IMG/VR virus record: IMGVR_UViG_3300027702_000001
Direction: 5' to 3' (one strand)
Origin: a virus
Length of the DNA: 64,000 bases
Shown: positions 40,439 to 49,181 of the stretch, piece after piece
Numbering within the stretch: position 1 is the stretch's first letter
Layout: each line of letters starts with the position of its first letter
Made by a program: the position numbers and the translations under genes
The notes under the pieces: generated by a model
Databases searched by the model: none
Told to the model about the DNA's origin: nothing
The model's input: only the letters and a program-made list of their open reading frames with translations

Positions 40439-40442
40439 ACGG

Positions 40443-40598
40443 TCAGAACATATCTCTGCAGATTCGTTTGCATTCAGTCTGGTGTGGTTCAATCGAGCAT
40501 TCGATTAAGCAATTAAAATAATCGTCGATTAGTTCTTCATCCTTTTGTGATTGACTAGACCATTCAACAAGTTGCTCTTTCGCCATTAAGTTGTGCAT
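40443..40598 (-). CDS. Small Cys-containing protein (51 aa)
   Basis: Hand-translated MHNLMAKEQLVEW...DDYFNCLIECSIEPHQTECKRICRDMF; GGAG RBS. Confidence 0.65.
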   Translation of the reverse strand: MHNLMAKEQLVEWSSQSQKDEELIDDYFNCLIECSIEPHQTECKRICRDMF

Positions 40599-40734
40599 AG
40601 TTGTTACTCCAAATTTTATACCATAATGTAGAACATACTGGATGCATTGTGCCCTCGTTAATTCTACTAGTATTTAGATTGTTCTGGAATCATAACACAA
40701 TAATGTAACGATGAATACATTTTGTTACTTATCG

Positions 40735-41058
40735 TTACTTGTTTCGATCTGTCTCCCAGTAGTATGATGAGTGCTCGTAACTGTCTTGTTGATGTCCGTC
40801 AAAGAATGCTGAGTTATCTGTGAATGAGATAACACCGTCTCCGAGGGAATCGAGATCTCGCCTAATATGTCCACCATTGTTTTTTTGAATGAATCGCAAG
40901 TCATCGGATTGTTGCAAGGTGTGTTGCCTTTCGAGTTCATAGATTACAGTATTCAGATTTGACTGTAGGTATTCTGTGAAGTCACAACTCTTCACTTTCT
41001 CGTGCATCAGTTTCGCCAGAGAGATCATCAGTTCGTAGTCCGTGTTCGATTGATTCAT
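40735..41058 (-). CDS. Hypothetical protein
   Basis: Track ORF; start uncertain because it overlaps the upstream ORF. Confidence 0.5.
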   Translation of the reverse strand: MNQSNTDYELMISLAKLMHEKVKSCDFTEYLQSNLNTVIYELERQHTLQQSDDLRFIQKNNGGHIRRDLDSLGDGVISFTDNSAFFDGHQQDSYEHSSYYWETDRNK

Positions 41059-41206
41059 TTACAAAATCCTGTAGTTGTTCCTGTGTTAAATTGTTTAGAA
41101 AATTCCACATAGGGTCATTTCTGTCCCAGTCAAGAGTAACCTGACCGTCATCCACTTGTATCTTAAGCGAATCCCCTGCTTTTCCCTCCTTTTGTTCGTT
41201 TGGCAT
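40982..41206 (-). CDS. Hypothetical protein (74 aa)
   Basis: Start moved to MPNEQKEG; LDWDRNDPMWNFL motif. Confidence 0.55.
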   Translation of the reverse strand: MPNEQKEGKAGDSLKIQVDDGQVTLDWDRNDPMWNFLNNLTQEQLQDFVNESIEHGLRTDDLSGETDARESEEL

Positions 41207-41375
41207 CAATAACCTCGATGTGTGAAATGTGAAAATGGAAGTTCCACCAAGCGGTTTGGACTTCCTCGTAAGACTCCACGATTTTAACTGAATTGTCTTT
41301 GCACCATATTTTATACCAATGACGGTCATATGGCAAGTCAGACGTGGATTTGAAAAACTCAGGCAATGCGTTCAT
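41163..41375 (-). CDS. Hypothetical protein (70 aa)
   Basis: Start moved to MNALPEFF; YDRHWYK...WWN...IEVID..K.GF pattern. Confidence 0.6.
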   Translation of the reverse strand: MNALPEFFKSTSDLPYDRHWYKIWCKDNSVKIVESYEEVQTAWWNFHFHISHIEVIDAKRTKGGKSRGFA

Positions 41376-41568
41376 AAGACCAATGGGGATCATCGTCACC
41401 GTCAGACCAGATCCAGACTTCTGGATTGTGCTTAGATGACATAAACATACGTCCATCCTGTCTACGTTCTTGAATTTCGCAGATCGGATTGTTATTCATC
41501 AGTTCAACGAACTGTTTCTTTGTTCGGTCAGATTTTGGTGTGACCTTCACCAATTTCCTCAAGGGCAT
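41359..41568 (-). CDS. Hypothetical protein (about 69 aa)
   Basis: Track ORF, co-oriented. Confidence 0.6.
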   Translation of the reverse strand: MPLRKLVKVTPKSDRTKKQFVELMNNNPICEIQERRQDGRMFMSSKHNPEVWIWSDGDDDPHWSYERIA

Positions 41569-41704
41569 TTTCTAATTTTTGATAAAGATCATTATATTTG
41601 ATACCGAGAAGTCCTTCCCAGTTCTGTTGTGACTTGTCATCAAGCATTTGCATTGCTGACATACATCCTAACAGTTCCTTAGGTGTGAGTGCGAGATTGT
41701 TCAT
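41528..41704 (-). CDS. Hypothetical protein (58 aa)
   Basis: Hand-translated MNNLALTPKELLGCMSAMQMLDD... Confidence 0.45.
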   Translation of the reverse strand: MNNLALTPKELLGCMSAMQMLDDKSQQNWEGLLGIKYNDLYQKLENALEEIGEGHTKI

Positions 41705-41822
41705 TTGTGAATTTCTGGCATTGATCGGGTTTCTCTTGTATTGTAGCAGATTTTGGTTTGTCGTGTGCGTAATAAATCAAAATCTCCTCATACATATCTT
41801 CGTCATATTCTGTGTGTTTCAT
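41679..41822 (-). CDS. Hypothetical protein (47 aa)
   Basis: Hand-translated MKHTEYDEDMYEEILIYY...; ATGA-coupled to 41819..42148. Confidence 0.45.
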   Translation of the reverse strand: MKHTEYDEDMYEEILIYYAHDKPKSATIQEKPDQCQKFTNEQSRTHT

Positions 41823-42148
41823 CGGTCTTCGATCGGTGGTAACATCTCATTTCCTGGGTGGTCATTGGTTTTTCCCTTGTAATTCTTTACATTTTTAAAG
41901 GAAGAATCATCAATTTCAAGATCATCCCATTGATGTGGATAAACTAATAAACAACACTTATTAAATGGTTGTCTAAATCCCTTTGGATTAGGTTTCTTTG
42001 AAATACAAAGAGTAATATACAAATCATCAACAAATTCAATCGTGCCCTCGAAACCCTGATACCTTGCAGGCATTCCAACTTCGAGTGATTTTAGTATGTT
42101 TCTGATTTCCAATGGGATAGACTCCGAAATGAATAAGGGTGTTGACAT
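41819..42148 (-). CDS. Hypothetical protein (109 aa, SH3-like)
   Basis: EGTIEFVDDLYITLCI...CCLLVYPHQW; TAATG-coupled. Confidence 0.7.
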   Translation of the reverse strand: MSTPLFISESIPLEIRNILKSLEVGMPARYQGFEGTIEFVDDLYITLCISKKPNPKGFRQPFNKCCLLVYPHQWDDLEIDDSSFKNVKNYKGKTNDHPGNEMLPPIEDR

Positions 42149-42342
42149 TAATCCTGTTTCAAGTGTAGCAATTCCGTAATCGAATTGACTTCGGCAAGTG
42201 TGTCAGTTAGTGTTGTGTCACTAATCTGTCCATTGTGATGTCTCTTATGTAGAGACGAAATATACAACAGTATCGCTTTGCGTAAAACTGACTGTTGTGT
42301 GTTGTTAAGCATTCTGGTTTTTAAGAACATCGCTCCCCCCAA
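42148..42342 (-). CDS. Hypothetical protein
   Basis: Track ORF; TAAATA box at about 42356-42361 upstream. Confidence 0.5.
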   Translation of the reverse strand: MGGAMFLKTRMLNNTQQSVLRKAILLYISSLHKRHHNGQISDTTLTDTLAEVNSITELLHLKQD

Positions 42343-42359
42343 GCGAATGTATATACTAT

Positions 42360-43034
42360 TTACAATAGTGGGATAAGTGAAAACTGATCGTCAGGTAAAT
42401 CTGACTGAGTATGAATATCGAATCCCAATGTAATACGAGGTGTGTTAAATTCCTCGTGAACTACAACTCTGTGTTGCCTGTCCCACCCAGGCCCAAAGTA
42501 CACATTGCCCACTTCATTCTTTATATTATAAAGTGGTTTACCGTCTTGTCTGAACTCGGTTGTAGTGTTGTGTGGTTCGATACTAATGTAACCGTGGTAA
42601 TCAAATTTGTGATCGTGCCACTTCAACACCTGATCTGGTGTGTGGTAGTTCATCCAACATTGAAACCATAGTGGTTCATCAGTTTCGAGAGTGCTTCGCA
42701 CAATAGTTTGAAGATCTCTGTTCAATAACCAGAATAGCGGACTCGGGGACGTAAGTGCGAATATGTTATAGAACCGATACCCAGAATGCTTTTCTTTGCC
42801 CCAATTCTTGATAAATTCCTCATCTTCCTTGCGTTTTTCATCATAATCCCATAGACTAGGAAGATTTCCTAATGTCAATCCTTGATCAGTCAGCGATGAA
42901 TCGAATCCTGTAAAGGTATTTTTGAAGAGACGATGTGCTCTTCCCAGTTGTGCGATCATTTCATCCTGTTCGTGAATGATACAGGGTGATCTCCAGAGAG
43001 TCCAATCCTCTCCAGTTTCAAGTAAGGTTGCCAT
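42360..43034 (-). CDS. 2OG-Fe(II) oxygenase-like protein
   Basis: CWMNY...KWHDH...HGYISI...HRVVV...PRITLGFD (HxH...H...R); start moved to MATLL. Confidence 0.75.
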   Translation of the reverse strand: MATLLETGEDWTLWRSPCIIHEQDEMIAQLGRAHRLFKNTFTGFDSSLTDQGLTLGNLPSLWDYDEKRKEDEEFIKNWGKEKHSGYRFYNIFALTSPSPLFWLLNRDLQTIVRSTLETDEPLWFQCWMNYHTPDQVLKWHDHKFDYHGYISIEPHNTTTEFRQDGKPLYNIKNEVGNVYFGPGWDRQHRVVVHEEFNTPRITLGFDIHTQSDLPDDQFSLIPLL

Positions 43035-43707
43035 AATTAGGATTGTAAGAAGTTCGGGGATCCGTGGGTGTTTTTTCACTCACATTTATATTTACCACTA
43101 AACGTGGATTGACTGTTGAGTAGGATGAACTATGAAATAGATCACCCTTGAAAGCAACCGCTCTGCCCTTCTTAGGGGTGATTCGCTGCTTTTCAGTCCA
43201 AGTATCCTTATCCACCATTGCAGGGTACTCAAAGGCATCCTGAGTTCTCTCGTTGTAGATGATAGTATCACCATCAGTATCATTTAGATAATAGATTACA
43301 TTCCAAGAGTTAGGGACGTAACTATCAATATGTGGCATTTGAACTTGATTGCTTCCCATTGCAGGGACTGCATTGATTCTCATTCGTAGCAAACATTCAG
43401 CACTCAATGCTTCACGGAACTGAAGAGCAAGCGGCATAAACCCATTTGTAAGTGTTGAGCAATGTGACTTGTCACCGTACTCAATTTCATACAAATAATG
43501 TAGGTTAGCGAACCCATTACGAGCGTCACCAATAAACTCGGGGATGTCTGTGATTGCATTGTCCTTACGATACCAAGCGAGGTCTGGATTGTTTGCACAT
43601 AGAAGTAACCAGTCTTGATATACTGGTGGGATAATGTTCTCAAAGACGATTACATCATCCAGTTTCTTATATGCTGTATCAAATGGATTGCTGACTGTCA
43701 GTTTCAT
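43018..43707 (-). CDS. 2OG-Fe(II) oxygenase
   Basis: MPHID...VIYYLNDTDGDT...PKKGRAVAF...FHSS...RLVVNINV. Confidence 0.88.
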   Translation of the reverse strand: MKLTVSNPFDTAYKKLDDVIVFENIIPPVYQDWLLLCANNPDLAWYRKDNAITDIPEFIGDARNGFANLHYLYEIEYGDKSHCSTLTNGFMPLALQFREALSAECLLRMRINAVPAMGSNQVQMPHIDSYVPNSWNVIYYLNDTDGDTIIYNERTQDAFEYPAMVDKDTWTEKQRITPKKGRAVAFKGDLFHSSSYSTVNPRLVVNINVSEKTPTDPRTSYNPNYGNLT

Positions 43708-44360
43708 TATGTGTAATAGGGTGATGTGTTGATCATTGATTGTTCATTCTGAATCTGCTGACTTGCTGTTTCCCAAGGTGCTGCCAACATCGGACGACCG
43801 TCCCATTTATTGTCAGCGTATCTACCATTTTGATCCACATATGATACAAATGCCTGTATCTGTAGATCTCCCTGATATTTTGGTCTCCAATGGAAATCTT
43901 TATGTCCTCTGAATACGATCATATCACCTTGATTCATTAATAGGTCATACGATTTACCATCAATTTCTATATAAAATGGCCAATTAGTTTGGTCTCTTGT
44001 TACACATATATTTCCTACCCATTCACCACTTGTTCTGTCTCTGTGTCTAACCAGATTAGTGCCTTTAGTATATACTCTAGCGTAACTAAATGTCTGCCAT
44101 AATTTACATCCAACCACGTCCTCAATCTGTTTCTTAATTACCTGTCCCATTGCTTCAAAACATACTGGTGAGTACATTGCAAAGGCACCTGGCATTATGG
44201 GATCGCTTGTGGGACCTGAAGTTGTCGCTTCAATTATGTCTTTAATCATAATGAATTCGTGCTTCAAATGTTCACAAGTTTCTTGTGATAATGCATTACG
44301 AACTCGCCAAAGTTTACCGTTGGCAAATTCTTCGATTTTCTCGTCGATAACCACTTCCAT
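43707..44360 (-). CDS. 2OG-Fe(II) oxygenase-like protein
   Basis: SYARVY...LVRHRDR...QGDMIVFRG...HWR...QAFVSY (HxD...H). Confidence 0.8.
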   Translation of the reverse strand: MEVVIDEKIEEFANGKLWRVRNALSQETCEHLKHEFIMIKDIIEATTSGPTSDPIMPGAFAMYSPVCFEAMGQVIKKQIEDVVGCKLWQTFSYARVYTKGTNLVRHRDRTSGEWVGNICVTRDQTNWPFYIEIDGKSYDLLMNQGDMIVFRGHKDFHWRPKYQGDLQIQAFVSYVDQNGRYADNKWDGRPMLAAPWETASQQIQNEQSMINTSPYYT

Positions 44361-44366
44361 ATAATG

Positions 44367-45026
44367 TTAATTGTTTACAAGATCGTGAGTAATTCCGTGG
44401 AAGAATCCTACAATAGTTAGGCGAGAATCGTGTACATCATTTCCGAAGAAATCCATACCACCGTGAAACTTTCTACCATCAAAGAGTAAGCAACGATTGT
44501 ATCTACTTTCAATACTAATTGATGTTTGATACATCGCATTACATTCTTCTTTATATGTCTCATATGCTGCTGCTGATTCAGCATCATCCTGAGCAAGTAA
44601 TTGTTTCTTGAATTCATCTTCGAAACCTTGTCCACTAAAATGTGGTGGCACATCGTAGATGGTTGTACCACGATCAGGTACAACTCCCTCATTCAAATAG
44701 ATAACCAGACCAACACCCAAGTGTGGTGGGTCAGAATGAATCCATCCACGTTTGTTGTTACCATCACACACGTGAAATGCAATATCAGCAATATCAAATC
44801 CGATGAAAGACGGTAGATATGCTGTAATCTTTCTGCATATGATTTCGTGTAGGATAGGATCAACTCCGTCAAGAAGTTTCGACCTCATCCCAGGCCAATT
44901 GCCCTTATTGGGGTGATCATAGCACCTCCAATACTCTTGTTGTTTTGCTAAATTAACGACCAACGATGGTGTCTCGAAAAAGTTATCGATTATGATAGTT
45001 GGTACATACTCTTCTACGAATTTCAT
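44367..45026 (-). CDS. 2OG-Fe(II) oxygenase-like protein (DUF6445-type)
   Basis: IIIDNFF, WPGMRS, GWIHSD, VIYLN, YNRCLLFDG..FHG, RLTIVGF. Confidence 0.8.
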   Translation of the reverse strand: MKFVEEYVPTIIIDNFFETPSLVVNLAKQQEYWRCYDHPNKGNWPGMRSKLLDGVDPILHEIICRKITAYLPSFIGFDIADIAFHVCDGNNKRGWIHSDPPHLGVGLVIYLNEGVVPDRGTTIYDVPPHFSGQGFEDEFKKQLLAQDDAESAAAYETYKEECNAMYQTSISIESRYNRCLLFDGRKFHGGMDFFGNDVHDSRLTIVGFFHGITHDLVNN

Positions 45027-45739
45027 TTTCTAAACCAAGGGAAAGGGCATTTCTTTTCTTTCTCACCAAAGATAATATCCTTAGCAAGGAATGGTGTGAA
45101 TTGTTTTACTGCTAGACGTTTATGCATCTGCAGTAGCATTTCCTGTGGTGGTACTGATTTAGTTAACTTGAATGACTCTCGTAGATCTCCTTCCTTATAG
45201 AAAGCGAATTTATAAATTGGGTCACCGCGTTTGATTTTTACATCCTGTTCAGAATCACATACATTGATACCAAAAGATATAGGTCGGCACCAATCAGATA
45301 GATTGAACCAACCGTTTACTATTGTAAAGTTATTGTTTCTGCTTGTCAAGGGATAGTCTCTTGCTTCTACCCACACACCTTTCGATTTTGTCCACAACAA
45401 TAATTGTGGTACTGAAATCTGTAGAGTCTTGATAGGTGGTTCTAAATCTTCTACCTTCAAATATTTCTGGATCTGCTGATCACTCAATTCTTTTACTGTG
45501 ATGTATCCTTCTTTATTAATTACAATTGTCAAGTCCTTCGGGTTGTACATAATGAACTCACGTGAGTTCTTATGTGACCAAGCAGGGCATTGCATATATG
45601 GTACGAATTTCTTTCCTTCGTACTCATCAATAACTTTCTTGGGTTCAATACCAATACCATCCAAACTTAGAGGTGAATCCCAACAGTTTAGAATGTCTTG
45701 ACCACCGTCATACTGGTAGTAAAAGATCTCAATGCTCAT
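45023..45739 (-). CDS. Hypothetical protein, CP-motif family (DUF6065/dUTPase-like beta fold suspected)
   Basis: QCPAW, NGWFNLSDWCRP, IKRGDPI, C-terminal KKCPF; no HxD triad. Confidence 0.65.
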   Translation of the reverse strand: MSIEIFYYQYDGGQDILNCWDSPLSLDGIGIEPKKVIDEYEGKKFVPYMQCPAWSHKNSREFIMYNPKDLTIVINKEGYITVKELSDQQIQKYLKVEDLEPPIKTLQISVPQLLLWTKSKGVWVEARDYPLTSRNNNFTIVNGWFNLSDWCRPISFGINVCDSEQDVKIKRGDPIYKFAFYKEGDLRESFKLTKSVPPQEMLLQMHKRLAVKQFTPFLAKDIIFGEKEKKCPFPWFRK

Positions 45740-46271
45740 AATTAAAATTTAATGTAATTCTATTTGTAGACCTAGTAGGATTCTGCGATGCGTGGTAAAC
45801 AGAACCATCAAAAATAATGACTTTGCCTGCCTCTGGTTTCTCTCTCCTTATTTCATTGTTCTCTTCATCAAAAAACACCGTCTCACCATCTGCCGAGTTG
45901 ACATAATATAGTGCAGTAGTGTGTGGTCTGTTCATATCGACGTGTGGCATATTGTATGGTGACTTTAGTGCACCTTGTGGTAACAATAGTCCACCCTTGA
46001 TCCTAAACAGATTGTACTCGTGTGTGTCTACGAATGAAAAGAATAGTGGCATAATGATATTACAAAACTCTGAATGAGTATTTGTTTCATCATCGTAAAA
46101 CAAATGTGCGAACCCTTGAGATCCATTTGCATTTGGAAATCGGTTTCGCACTTCATCAGTATCTCTGTATGTGACATCCTCAAGGTATCCCCAAGGAAAT
46201 CCAACGTCTAACATCATTTGCTTGATCCTCAACTGGTAGACAGCAGGGATCACATTACGAATAACACGCAT
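45729..46271 (-). CDS. 2OG-Fe(II) oxygenase
   Basis: MPHVD...TALYYVNSADGETVFF...GKVIIFDG..YHAS...NRITLNFNY. Confidence 0.9.
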   Translation of the reverse strand: MRVIRNVIPAVYQLRIKQMMLDVGFPWGYLEDVTYRDTDEVRNRFPNANGSQGFAHLFYDDETNTHSEFCNIIMPLFFSFVDTHEYNLFRIKGGLLLPQGALKSPYNMPHVDMNRPHTTALYYVNSADGETVFFDEENNEIRREKPEAGKVIIFDGSVYHASQNPTRSTNRITLNFNYEH

Positions 46272-46441
46272 TAGTAACTCTGTTCACACTCCTCTAGGTT
46301 TTCTGAATTGCATTCCGACATCGAAATGCTATCTGTATGATACGAATGGTAAATTCTTCCCCATACTACATCGAATTCTTCTTGGTTCAAGTCTTTGAAT
46401 AAAACTTTACCATTGTAATAGACGTGGTACGATTTAGACAT
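46271..46441 (-). CDS. Hypothetical protein (56 aa)
   Basis: Hand-translated MSKSYHVYYNGKVLFKDLNQEEF...EQSY; TAATG-coupled; GGAG RBS. Confidence 0.65.
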   Translation of the reverse strand: MSKSYHVYYNGKVLFKDLNQEEFDVVWGRIYHSYHTDSISMSECNSENLEECEQSY

Positions 46442-46443
46442 TG

Positions 46444-46767
46444 TTACTCCTCCGTTTCGTTTTCCTCTGATACATTACCAATAATTTCCATTTCTGGATC
46501 TGTTGAGTCAAGTTCTGCCATAGGCATATTGACATCTGTGTCATCACCCATTATATCACGTTTCACAATAAAGAGTGCATCGATAGCACCCTCCAATCTA
46601 GATCTCTGAGCATATGCATCAGATCTCTTTTGAAACTCAACTGTGGTGACACCATATGGATTCAGTTTCTTGTTAGAGAACTCTGTATCGTAGTTGTCGA
46701 TAATTTTATCAACTTCCCCTTTTTGAAGATGGAAGTTTTGAATCAATTCATCAAGTGTAAGACTCAT
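46444..46767 (-). CDS. Hypothetical coiled-coil protein (107 aa)
   Basis: Track ORF, ATGA-coupled. Confidence 0.7.
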   Translation of the reverse strand: MSLTLDELIQNFHLQKGEVDKIIDNYDTEFSNKKLNPYGVTTVEFQKRSDAYAQRSRLEGAIDALFIVKRDIMGDDTDVNMPMAELDSTDPEMEIIGNVSEENETEE

Positions 46768-47549
46768 CGGTCAATTCCGTTGCTGTGGTGTTTGATCGCT
46801 CTCATAGCACGAGCGACTTTGTGCGATACATCGTCATCATTAGGATACTCTGCCTTCAATGAGTAATTGAAAGCATTTTCTAGATCCCAATCTTCAGTCG
46901 TTGCATTATCTATACGAATATCATACCAACTCTTGTCAAGTGTTGCTCTTGGCATTGGTATGAATTGTGCTAGAGGTGTCCCTGCTTTAACTAGAGTTTC
47001 ACCATCTAGAACGTGCCAGATAAGTTGCACGTTAACTTGCATAGCAAATCTTGGATCATAGATCCCTGCAGTTGCTTCGAAACGGGACTCATTGTTCCAG
47101 TAAACGGGTGTCTGCATAAAGATCACATCGTCACTCGCTCTCACTCTCCACGGTGTCTCAAGTTTGATAATGTGTGCAAGTGATTCACGTGGACTGTCCA
47201 CTAAGGGTACAGTTTGGTCTGGTGGATGATCACCCACAAAATTCGCGTGTCTCGTGAACATTGTAGGGATTTCATACTCATAACCAACTCCATCACCGTT
47301 TGTACGAATGATGAAATCCATTGGTGCGACTACAACATAACCCATACGAGTGATCTGTTTCAACCCTGGGCAATTTGCTACATTCATATTACCCCGAAAG
47401 GGGCACTTCTTGTTTCGCTCTTCCTTCGATTGCCAACGTCTTCTTACCGAACTCGTTGGTATCAAAGGATAATTCTCAACCAACCCTGGTTCTAGAGAGA
47501 AGAATCGCAACCAAGGTTTCTTCTTCTTATTCCTCAGGAAGTTGAACAT
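46764..47549 (-). CDS. Hypothetical protein, CP-motif family (DUF6065/dUTPase-like beta fold suspected)
   Basis: KKCPF, NCPGL...GYVVVAP, KLETPW, VKAGTPLAQFIP; start moved to MFNFLR. Confidence 0.7.
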   Translation of the reverse strand: MFNFLRNKKKKPWLRFFSLEPGLVENYPLIPTSSVRRRWQSKEERNKKCPFRGNMNVANCPGLKQITRMGYVVVAPMDFIIRTNGDGVGYEYEIPTMFTRHANFVGDHPPDQTVPLVDSPRESLAHIIKLETPWRVRASDDVIFMQTPVYWNNESRFEATAGIYDPRFAMQVNVQLIWHVLDGETLVKAGTPLAQFIPMPRATLDKSWYDIRIDNATTEDWDLENAFNYSLKAEYPNDDDVSHKVARAMRAIKHHSNGIDR

Positions 47550-49179
47550 TGTCTTCACCATAAATGTTTTCAAGTAGGAATTCATAATGTGTTGGAACCT
47601 CATCTGACTTGATGAATTCCTCAATATCTTTAATGTAATCTAGACGCTCATTTCCAACGTGAGTGAGTTCTTCGACGTTGCCATATCCATTGAACCTAGT
47701 TCCCAATCTCAATCCCATACCTGCAGCGATGAAATTCATACCTGCAATGTTTGCTCTGAGTGGTCTACCAAGATCTAGAATATCTCCCATCCTCTCATAC
47801 TCATCGTTCACCTTGATGTTACCATCAAACTGTTCGAGCATATACTCACATCTTTGTGATGCGTGTCTCCAATATGGATTATCAGTTCGTTTGCTCAATG
47901 CATAGTGCATTGCTACGAAATGACTGAATCCAATGACCTCACGTTGTGCAGCATAATTGAACCATTGACGCTCAATACCTGTTACATAACCCTGACGACG
48001 ATTGAGAACATCAACCAGTCTAAGAATGTTTTCGTGAGTTGTCAACAGACCAGTGGACTCTAGTGGTTCAATGAAACCATATGACATCCCGATTGCTACA
48101 CAATTCAACTCCCACGCTTTCTCTCTATATCCGTGCTTAATATCAATTAGTTGGATTTCATACTCTTCTGGTTCCAGATCAAACTCTTGTTCAATCCAAA
48201 TTTCAAACTCTTGTCTTGCTTCTGTTTCCATAGCAAAACGTGATGACCAACAGTATCCAACTCCGACTCTATCCCACAATGGAATAGTCCACATCCAACC
48301 AGTATTTGCACCGCGACAGTCTGTCACGTTGTGCATCTTTTCCTGACGTTGTTTCTGATTTTGGTAAGGAATACGAGCAAAGAATGCTTTGTCGTTTGGT
48401 AGATACTTCTCGAAACTAATATGGCGAACAGACATCATATCTTCAATGAGTGCACCCTTAAATCCTGTGCAATCAATGAACAGATCTCCCTGTACTCCGA
48501 TAGTTTTCTTGTCTGCGTCTAGTTTTACTGCTAGTTGTTTGATGACTCTGTTACTTTGTGATGGTGATCCACCTGCAGTAACATCTTTGACCATTCCTCG
48601 TACATCACCTGTGATGTGTGTGAATCTATCCTGTTCAGCGAACGGATAACATACATCAGTCTTCAAGTATTCGCCGAATCTGTCAGCATCAATATGGTAG
48701 GCAGTATCACTAGCAAAATCAAAATCCCTAATTCTCCCATCTTTGTTACCATATTCTTTATTGTTTTCTGCCATACAGGTGTTACCTGCCAAGTAATACT
48801 TAGCAAACAACTCTGGCGGGAACTCATCAGGATACAGTCTTTGAAGATCAAAGAAATCTTGAATATCGTTCTTACAGTTATATAGATCTGCAGGTCCAAA
48901 TGGATACTGGAATGTAGATCCTATTTCACGAAAGTCTGTGAATTGAATACTGTTCTTATATGTCGCTCCTACCTTGGGCATCCACTCTTCGTCTTTAAGA
49001 CCGAGTGATCGCAAATACTTGTTAAACTGTCCGATAGTTGATTCACCAACACCGACTGGTTTATGCTTCTTAGACTCGACCAGTACAACGCTGATCCACG
49101 GGCATAGTTTCAAGAGTGCTGCTGCGGTCATCCATCCAGATGATCCACCACCAACAATCACAACATTGTTAACTTGCAT
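47527..49179 (-). CDS. Flavin-dependent (tryptophan-type) halogenase 1
   Basis: GGGSSG, GVGEST, ATYKNSI (catalytic Lys), FIDCTGF, GWMWTIP, GFIEPLESTG. Confidence 0.92.
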   Translation of the reverse strand: MQVNNVVIVGGGSSGWMTAAALLKLCPWISVVLVESKKHKPVGVGESTIGQFNKYLRSLGLKDEEWMPKVGATYKNSIQFTDFREIGSTFQYPFGPADLYNCKNDIQDFFDLQRLYPDEFPPELFAKYYLAGNTCMAENNKEYGNKDGRIRDFDFASDTAYHIDADRFGEYLKTDVCYPFAEQDRFTHITGDVRGMVKDVTAGGSPSQSNRVIKQLAVKLDADKKTIGVQGDLFIDCTGFKGALIEDMMSVRHISFEKYLPNDKAFFARIPYQNQKQRQEKMHNVTDCRGANTGWMWTIPLWDRVGVGYCWSSRFAMETEARQEFEIWIEQEFDLEPEEYEIQLIDIKHGYREKAWELNCVAIGMSYGFIEPLESTGLLTTHENILRLVDVLNRRQGYVTGIERQWFNYAAQREVIGFSHFVAMHYALSKRTDNPYWRHASQRCEYMLEQFDGNIKVNDEYERMGDILDLGRPLRANIAGMNFIAAGMGLRLGTRFNGYGNVEELTHVGNERLDYIKDIEEFIKSDEVPTHYEFLLENIYGEDNVQLPEE

Positions 49180-49181
49180 AA

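Noticed and set aside
40443-40598. CP12 call
   Set aside because: Lacks the AWD-VEEL core and the C-terminal C..NP....C..Y(D/E) pattern of CP12.
40628-40638. NtcA box GTA-N8-TAC
   Set aside because: Observed spacing is GTA-N5-TAC.
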